DNA of 64,000 bases from an uncultured Oscillospiraceae bacterium (GTDB lineage Bacteria > Bacillota > Clostridia > Oscillospirales > Oscillospiraceae): positions 48,098 to 112,097 of the forward strand of contig CANRFA010000003.1 of the NCBI GenBank assembly GCA_947629775.1, in the 5' to 3' direction. The notes below the pieces were generated by a model. It was not told the DNA's origin. It did not search any database and was given only the letters and a program-made list of their open reading frames with translations. The position numbers and the translations under genes are program-made. Positions 30,378 through 39,032 of this stretch are shown here, piece after piece (the stretch's first letter is position 1; every line of letters starts with the position of its first letter).

Positions 30378-30638
30378 TCAGACAGCCTCCTGAAGGCTGA
30401 TGGGTCCCCGCTCCTGGTCAGCCCGGAACGCCGGGATGGAGTCAGCCAGGGACTTTTCCACGCCGGGTGGGAGATACTTGGAGATTCTCCCAACCAGGCA
30501 GGGGTAGGAATACGACCGCTTCTCCCCCAAAGCCTCCTGGATGACGTTCAGGCACTCGTCTTTGCTGTACAAGCGGCTGATATCCTCCTCGCTCAGGTAC
30601 ACGTGCAGGTTCAGGGTTACGGAATAGCACTCTTTCAT
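30378..30638 (-). CDS. Phage hypothetical protein
   Basis: ORF track; AAGGAAGG RBS. Confidence 0.55.
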   Translation of the reverse strand: MKECYSVTLNLHVYLSEEDISRLYSKDECLNVIQEALGEKRSYSYPCLVGRISKYLPPGVEKSLADSIPAFRADQERGPISLQEAV

Positions 30639-30674
30639 GTGATACCTTCCTTTCCTCCGCAGTGCGGACCCTGC

Positions 30675-31325
30675 TCAGGTCCGCACGCTGATTGTGTAAT
30701 CCTCCTCGAAGGTGATTCCGGGAATCCGGACAGTGCCCCGGGACTGCCGGATGAGTTTCATGACGGCAGCGGTGTCTACCGGGCGAATCTCGACCCCGTT
30801 CACAGAGGTGGGGACCAGGCTGGGATCCACGGAAACAATACGCCAGGTCTTCGTATGCCGGATCCCTTCCGCCTCCGCCGGACGGACAGCGGTGGGCTGC
30901 ATACCCTCCAGCACCTCCGCCTGCGTTTCCGCCCAGTCTGCGGTAGCGTTATCGCCCCGCTCTCGTGCCATCGCAGCCTCCTGGCGGGCCTTCTCCGCAG
31001 CCTTGAGGGCTTCCATGCGGACCGCCTCCTGGCGGGCCCTGGCAGCCTCCTGGCGGGCCCTGGTAAATGCCCCCATCTTCGCTTTGATGGTCTTCTCCGC
31101 CTCCGCAAACGGACCCATCATCTGCTTCCTGCGCTCCATGACTGCCTGATAAGCCGTCCAGGCAGCGCTGCGCAGGGGCTCCCAGTACTCTTCCGCCTTT
31201 TTCCCCGCTGCCTTTACCTGCCTCGCAAGCTCCCCCGCTGCCCGGTACTCCTCGTCGTTGGTAACCTGCATGGCTCCAACCTGCGCCAGCAGAGCCTCCT
31301 GCGCTCCCATCGTGGCCATCTCCAC
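30675..31325 (-). CDS. Phage coiled-coil protein
   Basis: Ala/Glu/Arg-rich helical sequence; AAGGAGG RBS. Confidence 0.7.
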   Translation of the reverse strand: MEMATMGAQEALLAQVGAMQVTNDEEYRAAGELARQVKAAGKKAEEYWEPLRSAAWTAYQAVMERRKQMMGPFAEAEKTIKAKMGAFTRARQEAARARQEAVRMEALKAAEKARQEAAMARERGDNATADWAETQAEVLEGMQPTAVRPAEAEGIRHTKTWRIVSVDPSLVPTSVNGVEIRPVDTAAVMKLIRQSRGTVRIPGITFEEDYTISVRT

Positions 31326-31378
31326 TGCGGATGCCTCCTTTCAGAATGTGCCCTCGTTACCTCCGGGGCGGGCCGTTC

Positions 31379-31537
31379 TCAGTTGTGGGTGGCGTTGAAG
31401 TTCTCGATCGCCCACCGGTTGCCGGTTGCGTACACCGCCCGGCGGGTCCGCTCATACACGCTCCCCGTTGTCCGTTTCAGCCTCCTGCGCTCCGGCTCCT
31501 CCTGCTCCTTCCGGTCCTTGTCGCTGTACTTCTTCAT
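31379..31537 (-). CDS. Small phage protein (52 aa)
   Basis: Manual translation ...VYERTRRAVYATGNRWAIENFNATHN; promoter TTGACA-N17-TATACT at 31582-31610. Confidence 0.65.
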   Translation of the reverse strand: MKKYSDKDRKEQEEPERRRLKRTTGSVYERTRRAVYATGNRWAIENFNATHN

Positions 31538-31678
31538 ATCAGGGTCCTCCTTTGTCTGTGTCCCCCCTTCAGGGTGATGACAGTATAACTCTGAAGGCCG
31601 TTTGTGTCAACCCCAAATGTAAACTTTTTTATCGGAAATTTTTGTGCGAACTCACAATGATGATGGCATTCTGCCAAT

Positions 31679-31909
31679 CTACACCCAGCACAGCCCGCCC
31701 GTTTGCACAGGCTGGTCCTGGATGACGGGGTCCAGCCTGCGCATCAGGGTATCGAACCGGGCAGCAGCCTGGAGCCGGTACTGGGGCCAGATATACTCCC
31801 CCATGGGGTTGGCTCCCGTGATCTTCACATCGCCCAGGGCGGTACACCGGGCGACAAACAGAGCCTCGTATATGGAGGCAAGTTCTTTTTCGGTAACTTC
31901 AATGGTCAT
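31679..31909 (-). CDS. Phage hypothetical protein
   Basis: ORF track. Confidence 0.5.
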   Translation of the reverse strand: MTIEVTEKELASIYEALFVARCTALGDVKITGANPMGEYIWPQYRLQAAARFDTLMRRLDPVIQDQPVQTGGLCWV

Positions 31910-32029
31910 ACAGATTTCCCTCTCATTCCATTCAGGTGATTCTCCGATTCTGTATCGGGCGGAGAAACAGGCGGTCAGGGTCTGACCGCCTGGCGTGAGC
32001 GCTCCGGGCTCCCATCCAGGAGCGGGGAC

Positions 32030-32230
32030 TTACATCAGTCCTCGGCTCCTCGCTTCATCCTCATAGGCCTGCGCTGCCCGCAGCCCCTGCGCCACCAGCT
32101 CGTCCGGCAGGGTATCCGCTACGAGGCGATAGGCATCACGGGTCCCGGCAGCCATAAAGAGCACCTTTTCGTCATCCGCTTCCATGGCTTCCCGGCGGAA
32201 TTCATTGTAGGTCTTCGTTACCATCTTCAT
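32030..32230 (-). CDS. Phage hypothetical protein
   Basis: ORF track; GAGGGAG RBS. Confidence 0.62.
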   Translation of the reverse strand: MKMVTKTYNEFRREAMEADDEKVLFMAAGTRDAYRLVADTLPDELVAQGLRAAQAYEDEARSRGLM

Positions 32231-32274
32231 TCTCTCCCTCTCCCCGTAAAGCCGGTAGGTCAGCTTTCTGCGTA

Positions 32275-32499
32275 TCAGGCGAGGATGTAGTTCCGCAGGG
32301 TTTCGTCCCTGCAGTCCTTATCCAGCCAGACCTCAAAACCCGCCGGGTTGCGCTCCTCAATGACATCCATCAGCCACGCCCGCATGATGGGAATCTCCGG
32401 GGTGTGCCGGAGCCTGGAGGTTTCCTCCCAGATGTCCAGAAGGCTCTCCGTGCTCCGGCTCTTCAGGATGGCCGGCACCTTCGTTGCGCTGTACTTCAT
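32275..32499 (-). CDS. Cassette protein
   Basis: Conserved leader; TTGACA at 32587-32592. Confidence 0.68.
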   Translation of the reverse strand: MKYSATKVPAILKSRSTESLLDIWEETSRLRHTPEIPIMRAWLMDVIEERNPAGFEVWLDKDCRDETLRNYILA

Positions 32500-32708
32500 T
32501 GTTACCTTTCCTTTCTGCCCTGTTGGGCTCTGTCTTCTGTTGCCTGTCCCTCATTGCCCCTATAGATTACCTCTGATTGTCTTTCTTGTCAACCCCCTTT
32601 TGTAAGTTTATAAGAAAAATTTTTCAGCTCCATCAACGTCACATTGCCGTTCCGCCATCTGCGCATAAAAAAAGGCCCGCAGCCTGTAACAGCTGCGGGC
32701 TTCTGCGT

Positions 32709-33155
32709 CTACGCTTCCCGGTACTGGGCGGTGAAGGCGGTGGCGATCCCACGGGAAACGGGCAGCACCTGCTCCTCGCCTTCCACGAAGAAGTACCGGC
32801 CTTCCCGGTCCAGGTACAGCTCCGTTCCCGGCTCATCGTTGGTCGCAGAGGAGGCCACCAGGGTAGCCTTGCCGGTATCGTAGGTCACTCCACGGACCCG
32901 CTTTTTGATCCGGTTCGCTTCCTCCTTGGGCGTATCCTCTGCGCCGTCCCCGTCTTTCCCGCTGGCTACAGGGACGAGGGCGACCTCGTAGCCAATCTTC
33001 CCAACCGCCCGCACAAAATCGTCAAAGCGGAAGTTGTTTTCCGCCAGCTTCCTGGAGAGCTTCTGAGGCGTCCATCCCAGAATGCAGGCAAAATCCGCAT
33101 ACTTCATGCCCTTGCTTTTCAGCGCAGGCCCCACCAGATCCTTGGCAGTTACCAC
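32709..33155 (-). CDS. XRE-like HTH protein with a C-terminal YDT domain
   Basis: MKYADFACILGWTPQKLSRKL looks like an HTH; GTG start after AGGAG; TTGACA at 33224-33229. Confidence 0.6.
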   Translation of the reverse strand: MVTAKDLVGPALKSKGMKYADFACILGWTPQKLSRKLAENNFRFDDFVRAVGKIGYEVALVPVASGKDGDGAEDTPKEEANRIKKRVRGVTYDTGKATLVASSATNDEPGTELYLDREGRYFFVEGEEQVLPVSRGIATAFTAQYREA

Positions 33156-33286
33156 TTGAACCAGTCTCCTTTCAGTCTTGCTGCCTGATGCATACCGGTA
33201 ATATAGCATGCAGACGCCTATTCTGTCAACCCCCTTTTGATACCATCCGGGGATCTTTTTTCTGGCTGTTGCATCGTGCCAGGCTT

Positions 33287-33556
33287 CTATGTTCGCCTCT
33301 GGACAACATCCCACCGGTATCTGTCCGTTTTCTTCCGCTTGGCCTTGCCGGGCCTCCGTATGGTCAGCCGGGTGCTCCCCAGGGAGTATTCAGTCGAAAT
33401 CTCGCACTCGTCCGGCCACTTCGCCATGGCCTCGTCGATCACCCGCTGGGTTTCGGACCCTACCAGCCCCCACGCATCCCGTTTCCTGTTCAGGCTGGTC
33501 TCCGTTTTCCCGGCGGGGGCAGTTGCGATGACAACGTACATATCATCCACCTCCAC
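33287..33556 (-). CDS. Phage hypothetical protein
   Basis: ORF track. Confidence 0.55.
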   Translation of the reverse strand: MEVDDMYVVIATAPAGKTETSLNRKRDAWGLVGSETQRVIDEAMAKWPDECEISTEYSLGSTRLTIRRPGKAKRKKTDRYRWDVVQRRT

Positions 33557-33839
33557 TCATCTGGCGGAACATCTCCTGGATATCTACGGAGGTGATGGAG
33601 ATGTCGCTGAGGAGAAAGTGATAAAGCTCCGTCTCATCTTTGGAAAACCTGCTCTCCAGGTGGTTGCACATGGCCTGGACCCCGGCCATGATAACCGGCC
33701 AGTCATTCCGGGAGAAGCCGGTAAAGATCGTGAGAGTCCCCTTGGCGCTTTCCGCTGTGGCCTCCGCAATGATTCTGTTCATTCTGTCGAGGTCCCCCTC
33801 GTTGGAGGCCCTGGTCGCATCATTCAGGATATGTTTCAT
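33543..33839 (-). CDS. Phage hypothetical protein
   Basis: Promoter TTGACA-N17-TATAAT at 33897-33925, with box A overlapping the -35. Confidence 0.62.
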   Translation of the reverse strand: MKHILNDATRASNEGDLDRMNRIIAEATAESAKGTLTIFTGFSRNDWPVIMAGVQAMCNHLESRFSKDETELYHFLLSDISITSVDIQEMFRQMSGGG

Positions 33840-33981
33840 TGTTTCCCCTTTCTGAACCCTGAGTGTGAATCCGCCCCAGTTCCGTTTGATGCCATGATTA
33901 TAGCTCTGAATGGGCAATCTGTCAACCCCGGATGATAAAAAGATGAACTTTTTTATCGGAAATATCCTCCGGGCGCTAACT

Positions 33982-34482
33982 TTACTTCCCCAGGAGGCGG
34001 TCCCGCTTTTCCTGAAGGGTGCGGAGCTTTCCGCAGTACTCCTTCACGGACACTTCGCCCCGTCTCTTGGCCCTTCCTAACTGTTTGATCTCGTCATCGA
34101 TATCCGCTATCTTTTCGGCTGTCTCAGACTCGCCCATCCGGGCCAGGGTCAGCTGATCCTGCCACTTTTCCCGCAGGACCAGCGGGAACGGGGTCCAGGA
34201 GATGGCTGGCAGGCTGAAGGACAACCGATCGTGGGGCTTGTCATCCACGTTCAGCTCCGGATGCAGCTTGATAATGTAGTAGATCTCGTAGAGGAACATA
34301 TCCGCTTCCGATGGGAACTCGTGGTATTCGACCTTTGTGATTCTCTCCAGGTCGAGCTTGCGGTGAAATGGTTTCCCGTACACATGGCGTCGTATTCTGT
34401 CCTGGAGCAGCTGCTTTGTACGGCCCACATAGACGATTCTGTCGCCGTAATAGACTCTGTAGACAATGAATCCTTTTACCAT
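33982..34482 (-). CDS. GIY-YIG nuclease domain protein
   Basis: IVY...YVGRT, DRIRRH, YEIYYI and PELN. Confidence 0.8.
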   Translation of the reverse strand: MVKGFIVYRVYYGDRIVYVGRTKQLLQDRIRRHVYGKPFHRKLDLERITKVEYHEFPSEADMFLYEIYYIIKLHPELNVDDKPHDRLSFSLPAISWTPFPLVLREKWQDQLTLARMGESETAEKIADIDDEIKQLGRAKRRGEVSVKEYCGKLRTLQEKRDRLLGK

Positions 34483-34494
34483 ACGAGCCTCCAG

Positions 34495-34767
34495 TTACCA
34501 CAGCAGCCCGTTATTCTGCAGGGTCTCCAGCTGGCTCCTGTCGCATTTACTGCGAAGGAAGAATACGGCGTCGGGGTCCAGAATCCACTTTTCCAGAGGC
34601 TGAAGACCTTCCGGCGAAGGCTCCTCGTGGGACAGATCCAACGAAGGAGCTGCGGGTGTCCCGTATGCCAGCAGGTCCTCCAGTGACAGGTAGAAATCCC
34701 CGGACACTCTCACACGATACAGGGGAACACCCTCCGGGGTTGTATAAACAGGCGCAGGATTGTACAT
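34495..34767 (-). CDS. Phage hypothetical protein
   Basis: AAGGAG RBS; start MYNPAP. Confidence 0.5.
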   Translation of the reverse strand: MYNPAPVYTTPEGVPLYRVRVSGDFYLSLEDLLAYGTPAAPSLDLSHEEPSPEGLQPLEKWILDPDAVFFLRSKCDRSQLETLQNNGLLW

Positions 34768-34784
34768 ACAGAATTTCTCCTTTC

Positions 34785-35402
34785 TCACGGGTCCAGCATG
34801 GTCCGGATACGCCCAAGCCCCTGGCATCTGCCCTGGATCCAGCTGATGGAGGTCCCGAAGGCGCTTGCCAGTTTCTCCAGGTCAACTTTGCCATCCTGCC
34901 CCATTAACGCATTCAGATACCAGTCCAGATCATCCTCCGGGGCCAGGAAGCTGTCTGTAAAAGCCTGCACGGCGTACCAGCTCTCCCCTTTTCCCGCCGG
35001 GATTGAAAAGGCCCCCGTCTCCAGGGCGTCCCACCTGTCCCAGTCCAGCCGGTAGCCCATGCCCAGAAACAGGTGGCCCAGCGCCCTTGCGACATAGACG
35101 GTCTCTTTGGGGGACAGAGGCGCTTCCCGGTCCCTTTTCCGGCTCACGGCATCCACCGGGTAGGCTATTGTAAAGCTCTGGCCGTCTTTCCGTACCAGTT
35201 CGTAGGGATGGATGGGACACAGGTCGCAGAGTTCCAGGATGGATAACGGCTCCAGGGTTCCTCCTATCCGCTCTACGATGGAGCGCATATTGGTCACGGG
35301 TGTCTGTACCCCGTACTCAGAACGGGCCCAGCGGGCTGTATCCTTGCCTCTGTTTATCGCCCGCCTCCAGCTCAGTGGCATATAGGTATAGTAGTAGATC
35401 AT
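34785..35402 (-). CDS. ImmA/IrrE-like protein with a degenerate HExxH motif
   Basis: ARALGHLFLGMGY where AHELGHLFLHMGY is expected; AFTDSFLAP where ANxFAxxLLMP is expected. Confidence 0.7.
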   Translation of the reverse strand: MIYYYTYMPLSWRRAINRGKDTARWARSEYGVQTPVTNMRSIVERIGGTLEPLSILELCDLCPIHPYELVRKDGQSFTIAYPVDAVSRKRDREAPLSPKETVYVARALGHLFLGMGYRLDWDRWDALETGAFSIPAGKGESWYAVQAFTDSFLAPEDDLDWYLNALMGQDGKVDLEKLASAFGTSISWIQGRCQGLGRIRTMLDP

Positions 35403-36034
35403 GAAAGGCTCCCCTTCCAGCGCCCGGCGTTATCAGGGCGATCCGGGTTGAACGCAGTGGTGGCCTGATTCCCCCACATGGTCCAGCCGTCTCTGTCTCC
35501 ACGGGCAAAGAGCTCGATCCTGGGGCCACGGCTGCACTCCTCTATAATGGGGATCAGTTCGTCCGGCTTCCGGCTGTGTTCCCGCTTGGCTGCCCGTATC
35601 AGATTCACCTGAGTCCGGCCCGCCTGCAGGGTCCGGTTATTGGCACTGCCCCTCCGGATCCCGAACAGGATCATCTCGGTTACGTTGCGGAAGTAGAATC
35701 CGGTGCCGGATCCGTCCGGCCTGCCGTCTTTCCGCACCTTTTCCCACACAATGTTCGTCTTATAGTCAAATCCCCAGGCCTTCATGACCTCCAGGCCCTC
35801 CGGCAGCATGGCATTGGGCACCCAGAGATACAGATGGGCTTTGGGATCTGCGATGGAGCTGACCGGCAGCTTTTTGATGGAGTCCAGATCCATGGTTTCA
35901 TACTTGGGGATTCGCTTGTACTCCGGCGAGGCCCTGGTTGTCCGGTTTGAAAACCGCCAGGGCGGGTCGGCATAGATGGTTCCGTACCGGACATCTCCAG
36001 CCCGCTCCAGCAGACTCTCTGCGGTACTGTTCAC
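35399..36034 (-). CDS. MT-A70 family N6-adenine methyltransferase
   Basis: IYADPPW, HLYLWVP, AWGF.YKT, REHSRKP and IELFAR. Confidence 0.88.
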   Translation of the reverse strand: MNSTAESLLERAGDVRYGTIYADPPWRFSNRTTRASPEYKRIPKYETMDLDSIKKLPVSSIADPKAHLYLWVPNAMLPEGLEVMKAWGFDYKTNIVWEKVRKDGRPDGSGTGFYFRNVTEMILFGIRRGSANNRTLQAGRTQVNLIRAAKREHSRKPDELIPIIEECSRGPRIELFARGDRDGWTMWGNQATTAFNPDRPDNAGRWKGSLS

Positions 36035-36039
36035 GCCTC

Positions 36040-36243
36040 TCACCCTCCTGTACCCGGCGTCCGGGTAGCTTCCTCGAACCATGCCAGCCAGTCCATGCGG
36101 GGTTCGCACAGCTTGCTCCCGCAGACAGGGCAGTAAAAGACGGGAGAGCAGCAGCAGGTCTCGTCCCCGTCAATGGTGTACTTCAGCCCTGATACGATCT
36201 TCACCGGGCCTTTCCCCCTCAAACCCTCACAGAATCTGCACAT
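36040..36243 (-). CDS. Small Zn-ribbon protein
   Basis: CRFC...CPVCG. Confidence 0.55.
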   Translation of the reverse strand: MCRFCEGLRGKGPVKIVSGLKYTIDGDETCCCSPVFYCPVCGSKLCEPRMDWLAWFEEATRTPGTGG

Positions 36244-36658
36244 CCGCTTTCTCCCATCTGCCCTTCAGGGCCATCCTGTCGATTTTAGCCAGGGCCTGCT
36301 CCCTGCTGTGTACGCAGTGCATGACAAACATATTGCAGTTGCTTTCACATTTCCGCCGGTCAACCAGGTACTGAATCGTGGGCCGGACAGCCTGGACAAC
36401 GTAGATCTTCCTCTTGGGGGGCCAATCCTCCGGGCAGTCCACGGCTACAGGGCACCCCACGCAACTTTGCCTGGGCAGGTCCATCTCCAGAAAGCGGACG
36501 ATGGTTCCGTCCTGGATCCGATAGTTCGCATCCAGGTAGCGTCCGTCACAGACACCCTCCGCTGCGCTTCCCTCCATCTCCCAGATACAGCTTATGGGCT
36601 CCGGCTCCATGCCAAACAGTTCAGGGTAGGAACATCCCTCGCACGCCTTATTGTCCAT
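36227..36658 (-). CDS. Cys-rich phage protein, tandem paralogue 1
   Basis: DGTIVRFLEMDL and HCVHSREQALAKI. Confidence 0.7.
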   Translation of the reverse strand: MDNKACEGCSYPELFGMEPEPISCIWEMEGSAAEGVCDGRYLDANYRIQDGTIVRFLEMDLPRQSCVGCPVAVDCPEDWPPKRKIYVVQAVRPTIQYLVDRRKCESNCNMFVMHCVHSREQALAKIDRMALKGRWEKADVQIL

Positions 36659-37148
36659 CTGCTTTCCTCCATTCGCCTTTCCTGGCCAGCCGGTCGATCT
36701 TAGCCATCGCCTGTTCCCTGCTCTGCACGCAGTGCATCACATACATGTTGCAGTTGCTGACGCATTTCTCTCCAACATACGTGTACTGCACCGTAGGGCG
36801 AAATTCCTGGACAACATAGATTTTCCTCCTGGGACACCGCTCTGGCTCTGAAGAGTTTGTCACATTGATGTGAGAAATTTCCGATTCTGAAAAGTTTGTC
36901 ACATTTGAAGACCAGGCTTCAAAGCACTCCCCCTCGACAGGGTAGCCTCTGCAGCTCTCCATGGCGAGGTCCATCTCCAGGAAACGTATAAGGGTTCCGT
37001 CTCTGGTCAGATAATCCGCATCCAGGTAGCACCCGTCCCGGACGTCACCTGCGTCGTCTCCTTCCATGTCCCAGATACAGCAACTGGGTCTTGCCGTTAC
37101 CCCCGTCTTTTTGGGGAAGGGGCAGGTCTCGCACGCCTTATTCTCCAT
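36648..37148 (-). CDS. Cys-rich phage protein, tandem paralogue 2
   Basis: DGTLIRFLEMDL and HCVQSREQAMAKI. Confidence 0.7.
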   Translation of the reverse strand: MENKACETCPFPKKTGVTARPSCCIWDMEGDDAGDVRDGCYLDADYLTRDGTLIRFLEMDLAMESCRGYPVEGECFEAWSSNVTNFSESEISHINVTNSSEPERCPRRKIYVVQEFRPTVQYTYVGEKCVSNCNMYVMHCVQSREQAMAKIDRLARKGEWRKADGQ

Positions 37149-37566
37149 AGCCTTCCTCCAATTCGGTCCATTCGTTTGCTGCAGCCAGATTCCGTATCTT
37201 TTCCAGAGCCTGCCCCCGGTTGTGGATACAGTGAATCACGTGCCACTCGCAACCGCTTACGCACTTTGCGTCCCACTTGTACTGGACGGTGGGTTTGTAT
37301 ACCTGCACGGCATACAGATTGCGCTTATACCGCCATTTCAGCCCACACTCCACAGCCAGCGGGCAGGAATGACAGCTGCTCTCCAGCACCTCCATCTCCA
37401 GGAACCTCACAACCGTACCGTCTCTCCTCCTGTAGGACGGATCCAGGAAGAACCCGCTGTATGCATGATCCAGCTCATCCTCTTTCATCTCCAGCAGGCA
37501 CCACTTGGGCTCCCTCTTTCCGTCTACCATATCCGGATAGGGGCAGCTCTCGCATACTTTGTTCAC
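37138..37566 (-). CDS. Cys-rich phage protein, tandem paralogue 3
   Basis: DGTVVRFLEMEV and HCIHNRGQALEKI; GTG start assumed. Confidence 0.68.
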   Translation of the reverse strand: MNKVCESCPYPDMVDGKREPKWCLLEMKEDELDHAYSGFFLDPSYRRRDGTVVRFLEMEVLESSCHSCPLAVECGLKWRYKRNLYAVQVYKPTVQYKWDAKCVSGCEWHVIHCIHNRGQALEKIRNLAAANEWTELEEGYGE

Positions 37567-37612
37567 GGGCGCTCCAACGTCCCCTTTCGGCCACGTGACC
37601 AGGCTTTCGTTG

Positions 37613-37936
37613 TCAGCCCTCACTTTCCTCATCCTCCGGCTTCATGTATTTCTGCGTCACCTCGATGGCCCGGCTCCTGTACAGCTTCTCCAGCTGCTTC
37701 ACGGCCTTATAGTTTCCATACCGCCCAGCCAAGGCGTCCAGGAGGGCGTGGGTGCGGGCCATATGCAAGGTCAATGCGTTCATGGTCTTTCGGACGGGAC
37801 CCTGATTCTGAACCTCCGAAATCCCGCCCAGGCAGGCACGGGCTTCCTTCAGGAATCGCCTGTAGAACTCATCGCCGTCTCCCATAGCCAGAAGCGTGCC
37901 ATAGGTCAGGACCTCTATTTCCTCCTGTTCCGTCAT
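37613..37936 (-). CDS. Phage hypothetical protein
   Basis: ORF track. Confidence 0.6.
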   Translation of the reverse strand: MTEQEEIEVLTYGTLLAMGDGDEFYRRFLKEARACLGGISEVQNQGPVRKTMNALTLHMARTHALLDALAGRYGNYKAVKQLEKLYRSRAIEVTQKYMKPEDEESEG

Positions 37937-37960
37937 CGCTCATTCCCCCCCTTACATCTG

Positions 37961-38347
37961 TCAGCCGTTCTCTTCACGGGTCATTTGCAGCGCCAGCCGG
38001 TCCAGCTTCGCCACCCGGGCCTCCCGCAGAGCCTCCGTATTTCCGTACATGATCTGCAGCTGGTCCAGCATGATCTGGACGTCAGCCATCTCCTCCGTGA
38101 TTCCGTCCGGATACGGTTTCCCACGAAGGTCCTTGCACAGCTCCTTGGTAAGCTCGGACATCTCCTCCATCGCTACATGGAGCTGATTGACCCGGCCATA
38201 GTGTTTGATCGCCCTGCGAAGGATGGCATCTTCCGTGACAGGCCTGTCATCCAGGGGGAAGCCGTGCCCGCATACCCAGCAGAAGCGGGCACCCGCCCGG
38301 TGCTCGATATTGTGGCAGTTTGGACAGATATATTCATGGTACGACAT
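37961..38347 (-). CDS. MazG-like NTP pyrophosphohydrolase with an N-terminal Zn ribbon
   Basis: CPNC..CWVC; AMEEMSEL...EEMADV. Confidence 0.8.
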   Translation of the reverse strand: MSYHEYICPNCHNIEHRAGARFCWVCGHGFPLDDRPVTEDAILRRAIKHYGRVNQLHVAMEEMSELTKELCKDLRGKPYPDGITEEMADVQIMLDQLQIMYGNTEALREARVAKLDRLALQMTREENG

Positions 38348-39032
38348 GTGCGCATACCTCCAGCTCTTTCTCGGTTACGTCCCAGTATGGATCTCGATCA
38401 TACCCCTTGCCAGGGCAGACGGCGTGCCAGTCCGGGTCCAGCACACATTCTTCATCCTTCATAGGGCACCCCTCGCAGGCGTTAAAGCGGGCCTTTCCGG
38501 CTATCTGGTGGAGATGATACAGGGAGTCTCCCTTCCATTCCTCCCACAGTCCATGCGACTTCAGGGCGTCCCGGAAGGTCCCCAGGCCGTATCCTATGGC
38601 GTTACACAGCCGTTGCAGCTCACAGTTCCCGCAGTTACTAATCCTGTCGCACCAACCGGCCAGCTCCTCCAGGGACATCTCCCAGGTACACCGGTCCCAG
38701 TCGCCCCTGCAGAGGTCACAGGCCGGAGAAACGCCAATGGGGCAGATAAACCAGCAGGAGAGAGGCGCAAGCCCATCAAATCTGACCCGCTGATCCTTGG
38801 CCGTCTCATGCAGGAACGCCAGGCCCTTATTCTTCAGGACGTCCCAGGATACCGGACCAGTAACGAGGTGCCGGTCGGCGTTCTCCAGGTCGTCATATAA
38901 AACGCTCAAAGGCACCCCTATTGTCTCACACGCTTCCCGCTGGGGGCAGCTCTCGCAGGGGCGGGATCGAAAATGCATCCGGCAGAAGCCCGCCATATCC
39001 TCCAGCGGGATATGCATCAGACGCTCATTCAT
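38334..39032 (-). CDS. Cys-rich phage protein with internal repeats
   Basis: LEDMAGFC..CESCP and LEELAGWC..CGNC. Confidence 0.62.
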   Translation of the reverse strand: MNERLMHIPLEDMAGFCRMHFRSRPCESCPQREACETIGVPLSVLYDDLENADRHLVTGPVSWDVLKNKGLAFLHETAKDQRVRFDGLAPLSCWFICPIGVSPACDLCRGDWDRCTWEMSLEELAGWCDRISNCGNCELQRLCNAIGYGLGTFRDALKSHGLWEEWKGDSLYHLHQIAGKARFNACEGCPMKDEECVLDPDWHAVCPGKGYDRDPYWDVTEKELEVCAHVVP

